This document shows positions 9,125 through 11,000 of a stretch of DNA of 11,000 nt, one piece after another. The notes under the pieces were generated by a model. It saw only the letters and a list, made by a program, of their open reading frames with translations. It was not told the DNA's origin and searched no databases. Each line of letters begins with the position of its first letter. Position 1 is the first letter of the stretch. Position numbers and translations under genes: made by a program. This stretch comes from Oikopleura dioica (lineage: Eukaryota; Animalia; Chordata): positions 1 to 11,000 of the forward strand of contig CAJRAX010000001.1 in the NCBI GenBank assembly GCA_907165135.1, written 5' to 3'.

Positions 9125-10692
9125 TTACTCTTCTTCCTCCGGATTCAGGTACTGGAATATCGCCATGAACATGAAACCGGAGAACATGATGAAGCACTAG
9201 AATAATCTTAGAAAGGAACTTATACCATGTTTATTACCTTTAGAGGTCCATTTTTAACATGTTTACCAACAAATTCATGCGGCACAAGTTCCAAAAACGT
9301 GACGTAAAAGAACGTTCCCGTAGCAAAACTCTCCAAAACCGCAATAAGAGCACCTATCGTTTCTCCGCCCAAACTTGTTATTAGAATTCCGATTCCGACA
9401 CCCAGCGGGGCCATCATTGAGAAAATACAAATTGCGCTGCATAGGTAAGCATGCTAAACATACCGTTATTTACAGCTGTTTGCTAATGAGCAATATAAAT
9501 TTATGCGCAATTTGTTTTTTCAATAGCTTTAAAAACTTGCCTCTATCTCCGAGGAAACAAGCTGCATCCCCGTCGAAAACGCAATTATTGACTTATGAAT
9601 AAGCACAGCAGACATTGTCCCCAAAATATCTCCAACTTCGCCACTCGAAAGCCCAAAAACAAGCCCTTCGAAGATCGCATGCAAGCTCAGCGCGCCCACC
9701 AGAATCAGTGTTCTCATTTTTGACTGACTTGTCATGTCGAAGTGGCCATGGTCGTCTTCTTCTGGATTTTTAGATGTCAAAAGTTTTTTTATAAAACATA
9801 GCCTGATTCGTTAGATTTTGTATATAATCAATTGTAACTACCGCTTTGAACATTGATCTGGTAGCTTGGGTCGATTGGCTGAGATTTTGGGCTTTGGACA
9901 ACATTCGAATTTGTCTTTATCGGGAGGTTTATCTTTCTAAATGAGGAAAAATATAAACTTGACAAGAGAAGCATGGTTATTTCATGTTTGCTAGTTTTTA
10001 GAATCATTTTTATCAAAAATGTATATAGATCTCTCCGTTCCAGAATATCAACTTGAACTTGCTTCGCTCCAACGTCTGGTTCATTATTCGCCCGGACCGG
10101 TAGATTACTCTGTGTGCTTTTGAAGTGATGTCTTTGTGGTTCTTGGCGATGCAGTAGGAAGTGACGAGCTGCTCGAGCATCAAGACGAAAAAGAAGCCGA
10201 TCGCAGCTGTTACCTCCGCGAGTGGATATTCGACCTCGAATTCTTCTTTCATACTTTCGGATACCTACCCCGGATAATACTCGAAAGATCAAAAGGCAAG
10301 TACTTGTAAAAGCGGTAAAATCAGAGTCTTAAACTCAAAAGAAAAATTTCCTAGAAATAAAATCTTATTCCCATTTATTCTTAATTTTTGCCAAGTTTGT
10401 GGTTGAGCAAAGAATTGACCTTGGTTGTGCCCGGAAGAACATACGTCTTTTGGCGAATTGAAACTGGAAATGTTGGTTTATGCGTCGGAACAAACCGCAA
10501 TGGAAACGGTCTCTTGAAAAGGAATAAATATTTTATTGATTCCAGTTGCATTGTTCACTACAAAACTCGTAGTTTCTGAATTTAAAATCGAGTTCATCCG
10601 GGTTCCTCAGGCAGCATGTGCAGCATACAAGTGGCAAAGAAGATGCCGGCCGCGAAACAATTGAGAAAGGCGATCGACTCTGATTTCTGATG
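9125..10692 (-). CDS. ZIP (SLC39) zinc transporter, subfamily II (ZIP1/2/3-like), 5' partial
   Basis: complement(join(9125..9196,9238..9453,9541..9761,9842..9936,10053..10264,10606..10692)). TM2 AFLNCFAAGIFFATCMLHMLPE, EYPLAE-TM3, loop DDHGH, TM4 LSLHAIFEGL, TM5 VLIHKSIIAFS, TM6 FSMMAPLGVGIG, TM7 GTFFYVTFLELVPHE, C-terminus YLNPEEEE. Exon boundaries in the cytosolic loop (9936-10113) are ambiguous, and the TM1 exon could not be placed (probably at or beyond the window edge). Confidence 0.93.
9454..9540 (-). other. GC-AG intron (87 bp) in the ZIP gene
   Basis: Donor GAG|GCAAGT, acceptor TTTAG|CAT. Phase 0 gives LVSSEIE-HAYLCSAICIFS with the spacing to TM6 expected from ZIP1; read-through hits a stop at 9531-9529. 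Confidence 0.85.
10267..10604. mobile_element. MITE-like non-autonomous element forming a GA-AG intron (introner-like)
   Basis: Imperfect TIRs AACCCGGATGA-ACTCGA / ACCCCGGATAATACTCGA (15 of 18 columns identical), flanked on the minus strand by an AGG direct repeat (10607-10605 and 10266-10264). Element (338) + 3 = 341 bp, exactly the intron 10265-10605. Confidence 0.65.
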
Positions 10693-11000
10693 CTAAATGA
10701 AACGGATAAGCGCGAATTATGACGCTTCAGAATTAAGACTCTCATAATCCTGTGAGCCTTTTGGAACGGAAGAAATTGGCAACTATTAATTGACAAATGA
10801 TATTGAGCTTAGCTCTCAGAGGATGTGACTATCTTTCTGACAGTAATAGCATGTGTTAAACAAGACTTAGTTATTTAAGAGAATCGCTAATCTAGTTCTT
10901 TTGGGGAGCAGAATCTAATCTGTATATTCTCATGATTGGAGAAATAAGACCAGTTGCTAGTCCGGATTTAAACACAGACGACGAGACATATTTAGACTTC

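Noticed and set aside
10880-11000. Candidate TM1 exon of ZIP (LATGLISPIMRIY, minus strand)
   Set aside because: No convincing donor in the required phase; the 5' end was left unresolved

Overview
Very compact animal genomic DNA. Introns are tiny (9 of 19 reconstructed introns are 41-44 bp), GA-AG and GC-AG splice sites occur, many acceptors are AAG, and intergenic gaps are 150-550 bp. This points to the appendicularian tunicate Oikopleura (inference, no database check). Hand reconstruction gives five genes: (1) cystathionine gamma-lyase CTH (+, 971-2810, 5 exons, 397 aa); (2) ZP-A, a large type I membrane EGF+ZP-domain protein with an extra N-terminal region (+, 3171-6093, about 890 aa) whose frame is broken by two single-base deletions; (3) ZP-B, its shorter intact tandem paralog (+, 6470-8012, 420 aa); (4) an intronless basic orphan ORF (-, 8176-8580); (5) a 5'-incomplete ZIP1/2/3-type zinc transporter (-, 9125-10692). 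The strongest unexplained signal is a 341-bp GA-AG intron in the ZIP gene that looks like a MITE-type insertion (terminal inverted repeats plus an AGG direct repeat) removed precisely by splicing, i.e. an introner-like element. Also notable: atypical cysteine architecture in the ZP pair, frameshifts bridged by a cryptic intron, and a TTTTAAGTTTC repeat bracketing the ZP-A CDS. Exon boundaries come from splice signals plus protein homology, not transcript data.
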